Shown here: positions 42,776-59,483 of the stretch, piece after piece
How the letters are laid out: each line of letters starts with the position of its first letter
How positions within the stretch are numbered: position 1 is the stretch's first letter
Source: Eledone cirrhosa
Taxonomy: Eukaryota
NCBI GenBank assembly: GCA_964016885.1
Contig: OZ024748.1
Location: 5,952,001 to 6,016,000, forward strand
Length of the DNA stretch: 64,000 bases
Reading direction: 5' to 3'
The notes under the pieces: model-generated
The model's database searches: none
What the model saw: the letters and a program-made list of their open reading frames with translations, nothing else
What the model was told of the DNA's origin: nothing
Translations under genes and position numbers: made by a program

Positions 42776-43528
42776 ATATATATATATATATAATATATAA
42801 ACCCGTAGAGCAAATATTTATTATATGAACAGATTAAAGTTTCCTATTACATTGTCTTTCTTAAACACCACATGGTAGGATTTGAGAGACATTTTAACTG
42901 TTATATTTAGCCGATCAAATTAGCTCCTAGCGGTGCCATAACCAGCTCCACCAGATAGTATATTCGTAAGACGAAGTAAATTTCTGCGTCTCTCAAGCAG
43001 AAACCAATATGGCTAGCTGATCAGTCATTGATTAATGGCCTCTGATCATGAAGCGCCAAAATAATTGATTCGTTCATCCGAATAAAGTAGAATCGATACA
43101 GATAAATAGATCGAAGTATAAAGAGTGTAAACAAGGTTTGGTTCCAGCATAATCCTCCAGCATATTCTCTGATTTTTCTCAAATATATTGTTGTTCAGAT
43201 ACTATGAAATACAATGTTAATTAATCATTTAAATCTTCCTCAAACTTTAACTCATAATATTTCAGTGCAAAAATTGTTGCCAAATCATATTTCAAAACGT
43301 TTGTGTATGATTGTCTGTATGTATAATTGTGTGTGTGTATGATTGTGTGTGTGCATGATTGTCTGTATGTATAATTGTGTGTGTATGATTGTGTGGCTTC
43401 ATGTTTTTGTGTGCGTATGGTTTTATGTTTGTGTATCTGTTTCTATACATAAATAAATTTCTGTTTGCTCACACCTACATGTAAGAATATATATGCAACT
43501 TCGCTCTCTCTCTTTCTCCACCCCTCTC

Positions 43529-43590
<62 letters not shown>

Positions 43591-43704
43591 CAGATGAGTG
43601 AGTGGGAAGGTATATATGCATACACACAAACATATATATATATGTATGTATATACAAATGTGTGTATATATATATATATATTTGTGTGTGTGCGTTTTTA
43701 TGTT

Positions 43705-43775
<71 letters not shown>

Positions 43776-43799
43776 ATATATATATATATATAAACATAA

Positions 43800-43837
<38 letters not shown>

Positions 43838-44583
43838 ACACACACCTATATATATATGTATATGTATGTATGTTTACATATGTATGTATATGTATGTATG
43901 TATGTTTATATGATTATATCAATATAACAACAGTGGAAGATATATATGTGCATATGTATGTGTACATATAAACAGACGACAGACAGGGGGGGGGGGGCAA
44001 AGAGGTAGTTAGATAGATAGATGCGCAGATAGACATGAGTATTTTATTTTCTATCATAAAAATCTCTTGACAATGGTCTGTTGCAATAATATTCCAATGT
44101 TTTAACAAACATTGGAAAACTGTAAGTATTGATGTAATTGTAAAGTTATATGAGACATAGCTACGTTTGTCAGTGAACGCACAGCAGACAAGTCAACAAC
44201 ACGGAAGAGTATTGGATACATCATATTTCTCATTCTTCACAATTACATTTTGTTCATTGAGTTTCACCAAACGTAAATTTCATGCTGTATACATATGAAA
44301 TTTAAGAAGGTTAAAAATATTTGGCACCTTATGCTTCTATAATATATTGTAATATAATTTAAACTAATGTGTGGTTTGAGTACACACTAACACACATTGA
44401 TACACTCAGACACATACACACACATACATATCTAGCTATGTATCTCACACTCTGTCTAGCTCTCTCTATCTATCCATATTATATATATATATTTATATAT
44501 ATATATATAAATATACATATATATATACACATATATATATAAATATACATATATATATAGATGTATATATATATATATGTGTG

Positions 44584-44628
<45 letters not shown>

Positions 44629-44822
44629 GTATATGTTTGTGTGTCCAATGGCGTATAGTTGTTGGCTTGGTTTGATTTGTCATCTACAAATCATAGATGA
44701 ATGTTGCTTCTGTGAAAGAATGATTCCTTGACGTTTACAATATGCAATACATACTTGCATACAACCTCTCATTACACGCGCACACACACACAGAGAAAGA
44801 AACACTCACACACACAGACACT

Positions 44823-44919
<97 letters not shown>

Positions 44920-45656
44920 TTGTGTGCTTATGTGTGTGTATTTGTGCGTACAACATCTCAATATATAATATAGGACAAGTTATCTTGAACTTTATTATAG
45001 AGTAAACGTTGAATTTCATTCTACAAAATATATATCCTCTTTTTAAATAATGGTTTAGTGATTTTAATAATCGTTTAGCAAATAGAATTTATATACACAT
45101 ATATTTTTTCTTTCTACAAAATGTTTAGTGGTTAGTAAGCGAGCAGTTTGAATTTAGTAATATCTTCAGAATATTAGGTATGTATAATTGAATACTTAAC
45201 TACTTTATTTCACAACTTGATTTGTAGATATTTCTATGCTTGCGTTATAAAATGAGAATGTTTTAAATGTACGATTGATTTTGATGTCTAACACCCAAAT
45301 CAGCTTCCAGGAAGGTTCTATAATTTCGTGCAAACTATGGAATTTCTATATGGTCTTTCCACCCGTGAAGCATAGCAGCTAATCCCACACAAATTATAAA
45401 CTAATCACTTTAAACATCTAGTAATGACGGATTAGATAACCAAACATGGGAATACTATGTCTGTATGAATGATGATGGATTGTGGAGCGTGGTAGAACTC
45501 GTCAACCAGTCACACACAACTAAAGGGATCTTTTCTTGAATAATTGGTCAGATTGTGTAACATCATGAACACTGATTTACAGTTGAAAGGTTCATGCGGT
45601 GCGTGGTAGACTTCAACCATTGCCCAGTTTAGCACAACTACCTGATCTTGCCTTAA

Positions 45657-45852
45657 CCCTTTATAATTCACTATATTTACTATTGTATTTTCACAGAAAA
45701 GGCTTTACCTCACATCATTATTTCACATAATATTGAATCTATGAGATTTTGATATTATTTGAGAATAATACCTTAACATGAGTATGACCTGCTTAAACAG
45801 AAAGGTAGGGAGATAATTCTGGCCTGATATGGTCGGTTTAAATGCTAAAGGG
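45657..45852 (+). mobile_element. piggyBac-like MITE
   Basis: TTAA-CCCTTTA...TAAAGGG-TCAA termini; a second, inverted copy is at 48097-48296. Confidence 0.65.
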
Positions 45853-46385
45853 TCAATCTATCTGGATGGCTTAAGACTAGAATACATTATTCTGTCTCCA
45901 TCGTCGGCAATCATTCGATGCTTATCCATGGGTTGAAGAGCATCTCTACCCTTCTTATTCTCAATACTGGCGTCATACTAAAGGGTCATGGAAACGTTAA
46001 TTAATCAACAACAGCAACAAAACCAATTATACACCTACAACAACGAGGCCCATGTAATCGATCTCCTCTACCGGGCCCTAGAAACTAACCGTCTGATCTC
46101 TTATCTCGATCAGGTTAAAGACAACGATGTGAAAGAGCAACAGTGATATACGCCAGAAAACCTGCAGAAACAATACAAATATCAGCACCAACAAAAACAA
46201 CACTAACAACAAAAACAAGTCTGTAAAACAAACTTTAATGAAGACGAAATAGTTTAACGTCTTGACATATGAGAATCATTTACATGGGCTGAACATTTAA
46301 ACTCTTTGTGAAAGTCATGAAGTAAATACATTTGTGTTGGTATTCTTACGACTACTAAAGAAGACTAAACGCCTCACACACACTT

Positions 46386-46433
<48 letters not shown>

Positions 46434-46447
46434 TCATCTATCTATCA

Positions 46448-46589
<142 letters not shown>

Positions 46590-46970
46590 GTCTATATATG
46601 TCTATCTATCTACCTATTTATCTATCTATCTAACTATATATTTATCAATCTACCTATCTATCTATCTATACATCCATCCATCTATCTATAAACTTGATGA
46701 ATCTACGGCTGAATCAAGCAAACAAAATTCAACACTTTAACTGTTTTAGTGATGGCCTCCTCATACAGCAACACGTTACGTGTTAACAGCAACATTTAGC
46801 CAATCACCCCAAATAATCGATCACATTAACTAAATGATCTTCTGGAGAAGGTTAGAAAGTAAGAAAATACCCCACCTCTAAAAAAAAGCATTTGCTTACA
46901 CATACATGCACATTTATGTTTGTGTTTTTGCATAGAATGAGAGAGAGAGGGGTACCAGAGAGAGAGGGGT

Positions 46971-47028
<58 letters not shown>

Positions 47029-47109
47029 CGATGTGAGAGGTAGGAGAAAGTTTGGATAGAGAGAAAGATTCATATAAGAAAACATATTGGAATTTCTAAC
47101 AGACAGATG

Positions 47110-47181
<72 letters not shown>

Positions 47182-47675
47182 GAGAGAAAGCGAGAGATAG
47201 GAAAGAAAGATTAGATAAGTAACATATACTGGGACAGAGAACCATTAAAAAGAATATTGGTGTTGGGTTGTTGGCGTGTTGGTGCCGTGACTTGAGAGAG
47301 AGAGAGAGAGAGCAGTGATTGAAGTTCCTTTGAAATACATTAAGAGATGCTGGCGTCTAATGGTGCTGAAGTGACGTGATAGCTAAGAATCATTGTGAGG
47401 TATGCACACCTCTGGATAGTGGGCAGTTTAAAGGCTTATTGTTTCCTTAACACCTATCATAAGACGTTTAAGACGTTAAACGATATTTTCAATTCATCAT
47501 TGAGATGGTTACTTAAAGACAAAACGTATTTCTATCTCAACGGTTAAGGAGAAATTGAAACTTCTTCCAAAAACTCAAGAAGAAATACAAACAGGCAGAC
47601 ACACACACACGCAGTCACGCAAATATACATATATACATATATACATATACACGCAAATACACGCCGTGAAAGTCG

Positions 47676-47822
47676 TGAAGGCACATGGCTTATTGGTGAG
47701 AGCATGGGGCTTGCAATCGAAAGGTTGTGAGTTCAATTCGCGGACCGTGTGATGTGTTGTTTTCTTGAGCAAGACACTTTATTTCACGTTGCTCCAGTTT
47801 ACTCAGCTGTAGAAATGAGATG
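47676..47822 (+). mobile_element. tRNA-derived CORE-like SINE
   Basis: A-box-like TGGCTTATTGG, B-box-like GAGTTCAATTC, then CTTGAGCAAGACACTTTATTTCACGTTGCTCC. Confidence 0.85.
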
Positions 47823-48096
47823 ATAGGACTGGCTCCCTATCATTGAATTACCCAAGACACCTCCAACGAGATTTACCTAGGAGGAGGCCAGCTAAACCTG
47901 CATAGGTGTGAGCTGTCACATACACAAATACACGCCGAAATACACACACATTATTAAAGAACTATAAACACATATAACGGAGCACACAGTTATATACATA
48001 CACCTACATAAATATAGATATACATACAGAGTCATGTTATTTCATTTAGATAAGCGTACTAAAACTCACAAAGAATCGAATCAGGCTAATGTTTAA

Positions 48097-48296
48097 CCTT
48101 TTAACATTTAAAAAGGTCATATCTGGTCAGAATTCTCCCACCTCTTTCTGTTCAAACCAGACGTACCTGGCCACTCATACTGATGTTAAGGTATTGATCT
48201 AAAAAAATAAATAATATCAAAATCTCATAGCTTCGATATTATGTGAGATAATTACGTGAGGTAAACCCTTTTACATGAAAATAAAATAGTAAATAT
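48097..48296 (-). mobile_element. piggyBac-like MITE, second copy (one end visible)
   Basis: Starts TTAA-CCTTTTAACATTTAAA; reverse-complement similarity to 45670-45852. Confidence 0.6.
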
Positions 48297-48429
48297 CAGG
48301 AGAGGTGGAACTGGGGGGGGGGGAGCATTCCTCGCCCCCCAACTATATATTTTCTCCCCCAACTACCAAATCACACATCTATTTGTATATGCGCTACAAT
48401 TTATCTACCTGTTTATGTAGAGACAGATG

Positions 48430-48679
48430 GAAGGGATTGATATAGATATAGAGGAAGGTTGGGAGAGTTTGGCGTTAATTAATATATATTGGATGTGAGT
48501 TCCGTTGAGTAGATATAAAGAGGGGGGCGAGATGTTTGGTGTTAATTGATATAGAGAGGGGGATCGGAAGAGAGTACCGTGGTAGATACAGAGAGGGGGA
48601 GAGTCTGGTGGTAATGGGTGAGGGGATTGACAGAGATATGTATTAATAGATATAGAGAGGGGGAGACTTTGATAGTGAT

Positions 48680-48680
<1 letters not shown>
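48430..48680. repeat. Degenerate G-rich minisatellite
   Basis: Recurrent GATATAGAGAGGGGG..GAG..TTTGGTGTTAAT units. Confidence 0.65.
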
Positions 48681-48753
<73 letters not shown>

Positions 48754-49151
48754 TATCTGAATTTACAGTTGACTAGATTTTTACCTCGGCAAAAGTGGAC
48801 ATGTGAAGATAGTCTACAGTCTTTGCCAACATATTCAGTTCATTAATATATCAACATTTAATATGCCCTATTGGACGAGTCCATGTTTTAGAAGACCAAA
48901 TATTCACGGAAAATACCTTTATGTTGAAATCGTAGTTTATTTCCTTTCAGCTGTTTTAAACATTATTAAAGACATCAAAGAAAAAATGTTTAAGGTTGAT
49001 TTAGAAATTGGCAGTATCTTAGTATTTTCCTGTAACTTGGTATGACTTGATATCTGTTTAGATATAGTATCTCTCCGTGCTGGATGTTTTGTACATCTCT
49101 GTACCTATATTGCTATCTAAGTATCTATCTGCACGTCTTTTCGCATGTACA

Positions 49152-49221
<70 letters not shown>

Positions 49222-49653
49222 TATATATATATATTAAAATATATATATATATTAAAATAACAAATTAAAGTTTAAGCAAAGAATCGCTGCTTTCACGCTT
49301 ACCGGGATCTTCTGAAACTAGGGTTCTGATATACTTGATATATATTTAACCTTATCGAGCCCTCTTTGGATTTTAGTCTTCACATTTATTATTATTACTA
49401 TATATATATATATGAATGTATGTATAGTATATTTGGCAATATACTGTATGTTTAATTAAAAACATTTTGAAGAACATTCGCTATGACTTTTAAAGTAGTG
49501 ACTATGTCACTTACTTATTCTCGGCATAAATAACGGTCAGTGATTGACAGACAGTCTGTTTCTCGCTTGTTAGCCTTTATCAAGACCACACACACCTTTG
49601 CCCCTGCCGAGAATTATAGAAACTGGATTCTTATAGAATTCTAGTAATATCCA

Positions 49654-49690
<37 letters not shown>

Positions 49691-49701
49691 ATAATATTTG
49701 A

Positions 49702-49793
<92 letters not shown>

Positions 49794-49835
49794 AAATGAA
49801 AATCTGAAGGCAAGGTAAAATTCCAATATTTTTAA

Positions 49836-49909
49836 TCACGACACATGTTTCAATAAGAGATAGATCGATCGTAAAGCCATGATCAATTATCATTGATCTC
49901 ATCAGGTGA
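49836..49909 (-). ncRNA. Type I hammerhead ribozyme motif (mirror copy)
   Basis: Minus strand: TCAC CTGATGA GATCAATGATAATTGATC...ATT GAAAC ATGT GTC GTGA. Confidence 0.65.
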
Positions 49910-50740
49910 AAATGAATTGTCTTCAAATTCTTGATATGAGGGAGAAAATTAGCAATGTTCACTCACAGAGTTTATTCCCTCATATGGAGATCCAGAAGTC
50001 AGAAATACGGCGACTGCTATCAGCTTCAGTTAGGGTCATAAAACTGTCAAATCTCCATAGCTGCAAAGGACGCTGGACATTAATCAGATCTGTAGAAATA
50101 CAGTCGGTCACAGTTAATGTCAGTGGGTACACACACACTCAACACCCATACACACCGGCTCGAGGTCAAAGAAAAACAAATATATATATATACATATCAA
50201 CACAGCATCAAACCTGTAGAACTATATAACCCAATATTTCCAATTTACATCATCAAATTGAGATTTGACCAATGTAGCATTTGTTGTTTTGTAAACGAAC
50301 TTTCGGTGAATGGTGTGTTGGTATATTCTTATTCTTATATTTATTGTTTTTTTCTATGACATCGCTTCGGTGTGTGTGTGAGAGTGCGTGTGTACCCACT
50401 CACACTAATTGTGACCTTCTATAGTTCTACATGTTTGATGCTGTGTTGATATGTGTATATATATATATATTTTTTTTTTCTTTGACCTCAGCCGGTGTGT
50501 ATGGGTGTTGAGTGTGTGTGTACCCACTGACATTAACTGTGACCGACTGTATTTCTACAGATCTGATTAATGTCCAGCGTCCTTTGCAGCTATGGAGATT
50601 TGACAGTTTTATTGCCCTAACTGAAGCTGATAGCAGTCGCCGTTTTTCTGACTTCTGGATCTTCATATGAGGGAATAAACTCTGTGAGTGAACATTGCTA
50701 ATTTTCTCCCTCATATCAAGAATTTGAAGACAATTCATTT

Positions 50741-50814
50741 TCACCTGATGAGATCAGTGATAATTGATCATGGCTTTGCGATCGATCTATCTCTTATTGA
50801 AACATGTGTCGTGA
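50741..50814 (+). ncRNA. Type I hammerhead ribozyme motif with enlarged domain II
   Basis: TCAC CTGATGA [47 nt] GAAAC ATGT GTC GTGA; canonical GUC cleavage triplet and 4-bp helix I. Confidence 0.65.
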
Positions 50815-50979
50815 TTAAAATGATTGGAATTTTACCTTGCCTTCATTTTGATACTTATACTCCGTTTTACAACATCTAGCTGTTCCCTTGAATAGAATTG
50901 GAGATATACAAATCCGTGGAGAACTTAATATTGCTAACATAAATTTATTGGACCGTTTTACACAACCAATAATACACCT

Positions 50980-51017
<38 letters not shown>

Positions 51018-51721
51018 GTGTGTATATGTGAATTTATACGTATGTGTGTGCCCACGAAAATTGCAGTGTACTAAACATGTGTTTTACACCATTGCAGTAT
51101 GGATGTTAGTCATGGAAAACATACTGTGAGTATGCCCATCACTCTGAGTTCAAAACCTGTCAAGATCTATTTCGCCTTTAATCGATATGTTTGAGGCCAT
51201 CACAAAGCACAAAATGGAGCGAGAAGTTAATGCATTATCGGCAATCGTAAACACAAGAAAAACAACCTAATGCAGTGGCCATCCATACACCCCAACAACA
51301 GTAACTACAAAGAGGCTGAAGACTATATATATATGTGTATATAGCAAAATTACAGAGGAGAAAATAGGTATGACAAATTAACAAAAACAACTACCTACAT
51401 CATCAGCCAGCAACTTGACACTATATTATGTGTTTGTGTGCATGTGTGTGTGTTTCAGTAGTCATAGGGAGAATGGTAAAGATCAATATTCAGAGGCGCA
51501 TCTGGAGAGAGAAAGTTATCTATAACAGATCAATTAGTAAGTTTAATCACTGTATCGACAAAGATAACTGCTTCCAGTAGTTTAGAATGTAAGGTAAGAG
51601 TTGACGTCCCATTCTTTTTAGAAAAACTAACTCTCCATTTATCTGAAATGACATGCTTGCACAGGCATCTATACACACACACATACACACACACACTCAC
51701 ACACACATACACACACACACG

Positions 51722-51759
<38 letters not shown>

Positions 51760-51849
51760 GAAAGCGCGTCCCCAAAAATTGTATACATACTTTGATTGTA
51801 CACAGGCAATATTTGTTAGAATGCTGTTGAAGTGTGTATACATTTTTCA

Positions 51850-52029
<180 letters not shown>

Positions 52030-52086
52030 ACGTTGTAATATTATATTTCCGAAGAGAAAAGTGGTAGAAAACTCGGAGTATTGCTC

Positions 52087-52138
<52 letters not shown>

Positions 52139-52509
52139 GTGTATGCATGCATGTGTGTGTGTGAATATGTCCACACAAATATATGTGCCTCTGTGTGTGT
52201 ATAAAGATTTATATTTGTGGTATGTATATGTGTATGTGTATGTATAACCCTCTCTTCGCCTGCCTACGTTTGTATATATATTCCTCATTCATTTCTCGTA
52301 TATATGTCTGCACGTTCGTTCGAGATTATTCGTCACCGCCAATGCCCTGTTACCCTCCTTCCCTCCTGACACCTTCTCGAACTTTCTACCATTATCACAC
52401 TTCTTATCTAATTCTTATTCTTTTCAAAGATTCTCCTTCTTCCATCTCCCCGCATATTCCCGCCACTCAATTTTACTTTTTCTCTTTCTTCCACTTCCTC
52501 TTTCTATCT

Positions 52510-52594
<85 letters not shown>

Positions 52595-52641
52595 ACGCAA
52601 ACACACATTTCACACAAGCATAAATCTCTCTCTCTCTCCCT

Positions 52642-52720
<79 letters not shown>

Positions 52721-52890
52721 TGGGTGAAAGTGTATAAATATATATATATATATGTATATACATACATATATGCATATGTATACATATCTATCTATCTATT
52801 TATATGTATATATATATACATAACTTTCTATATATGGACTTATCTATATACGAATCTCTACTCCTACCCTCTCTCTCTCTCTCTCTCTCT

Positions 52891-52930
<40 letters not shown>

Positions 52931-53197
52931 TCATTGCTTGTCTATCTATATTCACCTCAAATTATGTCTATTTGGCTCTTTAACTATTTTCCAAACTACC
53001 ATACTAATCCATCTAATAAAATTACAGCAACGTTCGCTTCTTACTAAATAGTCTCCACCGTCCGCTTTCGGAGCACGTACAAACAGTAACAGTGACATCA
53101 GCGTTAAGCAGATTAGAAGAGCCTTATACGCGCCTTCGCCCAACCATTTCAAACTGCCACCATCACTAACTTTGTCTTCATTATTACAGCCACCATA

Positions 53198-53396
53198 AGG
53201 TGGTAGAAGGTCGGACGTCATGCTTTGCAGCATAGAGTTATAGCCCTTTACGATATGAGTTCATCTCCCTTCATGGTTAACTTAGTCTTTCATCCTTACA
53301 GGGCCAATAAAATAAAGTACCAGTCACGCACTGGGATCGATTTAATCGATTTTCCTCTCCACCAAAATTACTGGCCTTGTACCTATATAAGAAACT
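53198..53396 (+). mobile_element. SINE family 1 with 18-bp TSD
   Basis: Flanked by ATTATTACAGCCACCATA (53180-53197 and 53397-53414). Confidence 0.9.
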
Positions 53397-53611
53397 ATTA
53401 TTACAGCCACCATAGCCACCACTTTTACACACACAGACATATATATATATATATATGTATGTCTGTGTGCGGTTGTATCTATTCGTGTGTATACATATAT
53501 AAATAGGATAAAGATACAATAACTCCTTGTGGAGTCATAGGGGCACGGTCATACGGTGTGTCTAGGGCACATTTAAAGCAGGCAGAGACCAACCGTCTCC
53601 TGGTCTGAACA

Positions 53612-53798
53612 CAGCCGATGTTTTCAATAGAGGAAGAATTGACCCCAGTACTGGACTCGTACTTTTTTTTTATTGACCTCGGAATGTGAAAAGTAATGTT
53701 GACCATGGCAGGATTTGAACTCAGAGCGTGCAATGTGGTGGGACAAATACGGTAAAGTATTCTATCCGACGTCTTAACGACTCTGCCATTTCGCTGCC
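53612..53798 (-). mobile_element. Older SINE related to family 1
   Basis: GGATTTGAACTCAG (B-box complement) and ACGACTCTGCCATTTCGCTGCC (tRNA-head complement). Confidence 0.7.
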
Positions 53799-54398
53799 AG
53801 TAAAATACATCACAGATACATACAGATATGTCAGTATGTTGTTATAAGCCGGATCAAGCGGATAGCATTTTCACTTCATCACACACCTGAATGCAGAAGA
53901 GACCAAACCATAGAGCACTGAACAGAACAATAGCTCCACAGTAAACCTATGTCTGAGCTGTAGTTGTTTCTCTGTGTATCAACAGAATGTAGTTTCACCT
54001 GTTTATCAAGCAGGTGTAAAATATATGTTTTTCCTACCATTGATGTGTGTCTTTGCATCGTCTCTCAACCTCTGTGTGGTCAAGTGTTGATGGCGGACAT
54101 CTCATCAGATTGCCATACAAGGTTAAATCCAATATGATAATCGCTTGACTAAATCCGATTATTTACGGGCAGTTCAACAACGACCCCCCACCTCATAATT
54201 TAGAGTTAACAAATATCTGCCAGTGCTCATTTCCAATCACTCTACTTGACCACCTACAAATGTCCGCACGGATGTGTTGCCACTTTGTTTAAATATACAT
54301 TTAGAGAGACACTTGCCTCTGCATAAATATACATACACCCACACGCCCGCTAGCTTATATATTATAAATACGTGAACACACACACACTCAAACACACA

Positions 54399-54431
<33 letters not shown>

Positions 54432-54436
<5 letters not shown>

Positions 54437-54600
54437 CAGTCGATCGACTTTCGTCAAATCGGATAGAGGGAACAATGATTCTTCCCTTGATCTTTCCAAT
54501 TGCTAATACTACCTATCGGTCGTAGGAATAACGTGAAATAATGTGTATTGCTCAAGGACATAACGCATCGCCCGGTCCAGGAATCGAACCTCAAACTTCA
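54432..54600 (-). mobile_element. SINE family 2
   Basis: GGAATCGAACC (B-box complement), GCTCAAGGACA, and the 3' end ATCGACAGTCGATCGACTTTCG next to (TA)n. Confidence 0.8.
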
Positions 54601-55515
54601 CAATTGCCAATCAAAATACTTCAAATTCGCGTAAATATAACCGATATTGTTCCAATCGGTCTGAAAACCGTTAGTAATCACCCTACATCAAACCCCAACA
54701 TATATTCATAACTCCTTTCAAACCCAAATTCGGCAAATCAAACGGAGACCGCAAGTCCTCCTAAACTTGACATACGTAACCGGACCACAAGATCCAGCTA
54801 ATTGGGAAGACAGACGTTTTCAAGCTGCAGCTGCCATATTACATAGTTAAAGCTATTATTATATATGGACATTCCTGCCGATTGTACTCATAATTTAGCC
54901 TACTGCCAAAATATCTAAATACAACAAACTTAAATAAGTAAAATTCACACCAGACAAACTACATATAAAATTAAACATGACCACTACATGGTCTACGATA
55001 AAGACCTTCATCAAGACACGTTAGCTTTCAATATCTGGTTCCTTTCCAGATAAGGTCGTTAGTTAGATTAGTACAATATATTCTAAAATGTACCAAATAC
55101 TTATTCTTATCGACGGGAAAATACTACGAACTAGCCAGATCTTAAGGTGACCCTAGCTCTAACGATATTAGTGTTGTGCTAAAATTTTAACAATTTTTCT
55201 TATAAAAACCTACCGAAATATATATGGTGCTGTAAATTGTTCGATGAAATTACAGGATATAGTATATCTTTCACACATATATGCATTACTTTATCTCATG
55301 TGACCCTATTCTTGCATTAACTTTCAGCATCACCTATATAACTTTTGAGAGACTGCACATACATTTACACATATACATACACAGACAGACACAAGCCCGC
55401 ACACACACATACTAATATATATATATATATATATGATGGCTTCCCCCTCGTTATCGAATACATACATACGTAATTTTGTACAGTGAAAGACAAAGTTAGA
55501 TGTATATATTAATCC

Positions 55516-55599
<84 letters not shown>

Positions 55600-55984
55600 A
55601 TACATATATATATATGCATATATATATATATGCAGAGTATATACATACACACTCACATATGTATATATACATATATAAATATATATGTACGTGTAATATG
55701 TGTGTGTGAATATATTATTTTTGTGAGTTGTTAAGTGCTAGAGATGTCTTTTATCAGCCTATCCTATCACTTACTCACTCTCTCTCTCTCTCACTCTCTC
55801 CCTCTCACACACACTCTCTCTCTCTCACTCTCTCTCTATCTATCTCTCTCTTTCTCACACACACACATATACATACACACATACACACATACACACATAC
55901 ATACACTGAAACAATATAAATACTCCTTATAACATATAAATATTAATATTTATGTATTCAATGTTGGACCCCACTCAAGTAAAA

Positions 55985-56375
55985 CACACACATACACAAA
56001 CACTTACAAAATAGCACACATAAATACACATAGACAAGCACATACAAAACAGCACACATAAACACACAAAACTCACAAAATGGCACACGTAATCACACAC
56101 ACACAAACACTTACAAAATGGTACACATACATACATACGCACAAACACTTACAAAGTGGTACACATAAACACACATATACAAACACTTACAAAGAGGTAC
56201 ATACAAACGCACATACACAAACACACACAAAGTCGCATACGTAAACACATACACAGCACAAACACTCAACAATTTACACACATAAACACACATACAGAAA
56301 CATTTACAAAGTGACATACACAATGACTCAGAGACACACGTAAAGACCCAAATACACAAATACACACATAAATAC
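55985..56375. repeat. Degenerate ~35-40 bp minisatellite
   Basis: Recurrent ACACAAACACTTACAAAATGG.ACACAT. Confidence 0.75.
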
Positions 56376-56601
56376 ATATAATAATCACTGTTTGTTGTTA
56401 TTGCTGTTGTCATTGTTGTTAGATGTTTGGAGAGTTTATCGTTTAAACGTATCATTTGAAAAAGTAAAATTTTGCATAATTTCATAATTTGTTCATAGAT
56501 TTATAATTGTTTCTTGCCATTAAAATCGTATAAAAAAGGTGAAAAACTTCAGTGGAAATGTTTCGGGGTGGCTTTCAAAATCAAAACTCAATTCTTTTTT
56601 A

Positions 56602-56654
<53 letters not shown>

Positions 56655-56776
56655 TTTCAAATGAATAATCAAATAATATCATTGTCAACTATATTGGTCA
56701 TGATCATGATGATGATCGTGATGATCGTGATGATCGTGATAATTGTTTCTACTTTTGGCACAAGAATAGTAATGCT

Positions 56777-56824
<48 letters not shown>

Positions 56825-56970
56825 GATGATGATGATGATAACGATGATGATGACGGAGGGTGATGCTGATGATGAGGACGATGATGCTGATGATAATGAT
56901 AATGATGATGAAGATGATGATTATGATGGTGATGACGATGATCTTGATATTGATAGTTATAAGATTAATA

Positions 56971-57022
<52 letters not shown>

Positions 57023-57217
57023 TATTATGATATTATAATAGTAATAATAATATTATCATTTTTGTTATTATTATCATATACCACTATATATATTCATATA
57101 TTTCTATGTATGTGCATATTAATTCTAATAATTATAATAATACTAATAACATTCCCTTAATATTAATATAAACCAGTGACGAAGGGAGATCCGAATACAC
57201 ACAAACACACACCTATG

Positions 57218-57257
<40 letters not shown>

Positions 57258-57273
57258 TACATACATATATATT

Positions 57274-57396
<123 letters not shown>

Positions 57397-57451
57397 TTAT
57401 ATATATATATATGTGTGTGTGAGAGTGTGTATGTATATATATATATGAGTG

Positions 57452-57553
<102 letters not shown>

Positions 57554-57846
57554 CATATATATATACACACACACACACAAACACACACAAACACACACAA
57601 TTATATATATATATATATAAATGATAGATTGGTTGGTGAATAGACATAAAAGCCTTATATTAAAAGGCAATAAAACAATAAAAAAGAAAAGAATTTATAA
57701 AATTAATAAAATAAAACATATAATGTATATATAAGAGTATATCAAAAACGAAAGATTTGTATGAAAACTATTAAAAGGATGTAAATGCATTTATATATAT
57801 ATATATATTTGTGTGTTGGTATGTGTATGTATATAAATGCATATAC

Positions 57847-57939
<93 letters not shown>

Positions 57940-57963
57940 TATACATATATACATATATGTATA

Positions 57964-57996
<33 letters not shown>

Positions 57997-58034
57997 GAAT
58001 AAATATATATATATTTATACATATATGTATATGC

Positions 58035-58089
<55 letters not shown>

Positions 58090-58223
58090 GGAGTGTGTGT
58101 GTGTGTGTGGATGTCTAATGTGTTTAGGTAGGAAGAATATATAATTGAGAAACTTAATGAATAAGCAATCCACACAGAAACACGCTGTTTAATGTCTTTC
58201 GACAGAGAATGTTTGTGTGAGTT

Positions 58224-58307
<84 letters not shown>

Positions 58308-58642
58308 TGTGTTTGATATAAGTGTGTATGTGTGCGTGTATATGCATATGGGTTTATGTGAGTGTCTGTGTGTGTATCTCTCTTCTACACGTATGCGTTT
58401 ATGGGAGTGTCTGTGTGTGTGTATCTCTCTTCTATATGTATGTTTTCATGTGAGTGTTTGTGGATCAGTTAGTTTATCTCTATAAAACATTGCTAAATTT
58501 TATACTAAATTAATTGCCGCATGATTCTCGACCAAAGTTTAGATCATACAGACACATACACTCACTCTCAAATACACACAGACACACACATACACATACA
58601 TACATACACACACACATATATATATATATATATTTATATATA

Positions 58643-58724
<82 letters not shown>

Positions 58725-59080
58725 AAATACATGAGTGTTTGTGTGTATGTATCAGTGTTTGAAGTATGTTTCGTTTCTTGCAAATGCAACGGCAGATCAA
58801 AAATTAAGTCTTAGTAGCTAGGTAGATGTTTGTATTCCACTCACATCATTCTCTCCTTTGTAGTGGTAGAAAGTTGTTAACAATAATTTTAATTTTAATA
58901 TTATATATTCAGACAAAATATATTGCTGTTGCATTTGGCAGAAAATGGCATTACTTAGTCATTATTAACAAAATTATTCTCATTTCTTTCAAACATTATT
59001 ACGAACATCATCGTCATAAACACCATAAACATCATGATAATCATCACGGACAACATTAGACTACTGCACACACACACACA

Positions 59081-59188
<108 letters not shown>

Positions 59189-59365
59189 TGAGTGTGTGTG
59201 TGTGTGTGTACGTGAGTGTGTGTGCATGCATGTCTGTATTACACACACAGATAGTCCCATTTTTAAGATTGTATATATGTATATATATATATATATATAT
59301 ATACATACTTATACATGGGGTTATCTGTGTGTGTATAGTCATATGTTATATATATATATATATAC

Positions 59366-59483
<118 letters not shown>

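Larger units (their letters stand above)
49790..50982 (+). mobile_element. Family C element with a ~435-bp inverted arm
   Basis: Arms ~49790-50226 and ~50419-50853 (mirror ORFs [14 protein letters not shown] on both strands), a spacer homologous to 36430-36622, and a 3' tail 50854-50982; (TA)n on both sides. Confidence 0.85.

Noticed and set aside
47676-47750. tRNA gene
   Set aside because: A and B boxes continue into a SINE body, and no intact cloverleaf is apparent.
49906-50744. Two near-identical ~106-aa ORFs on opposite strands as a gene pair
   Set aside because: They result from the inverted repeat; the homologous copy at ~36100 has indels and no domain is recognisable.
54600-55170. 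Possible decayed LINE or PLE coding sequence (A/C-rich)
   Set aside because: I could not recover any RT, endonuclease or GIY-YIG motif by eye.
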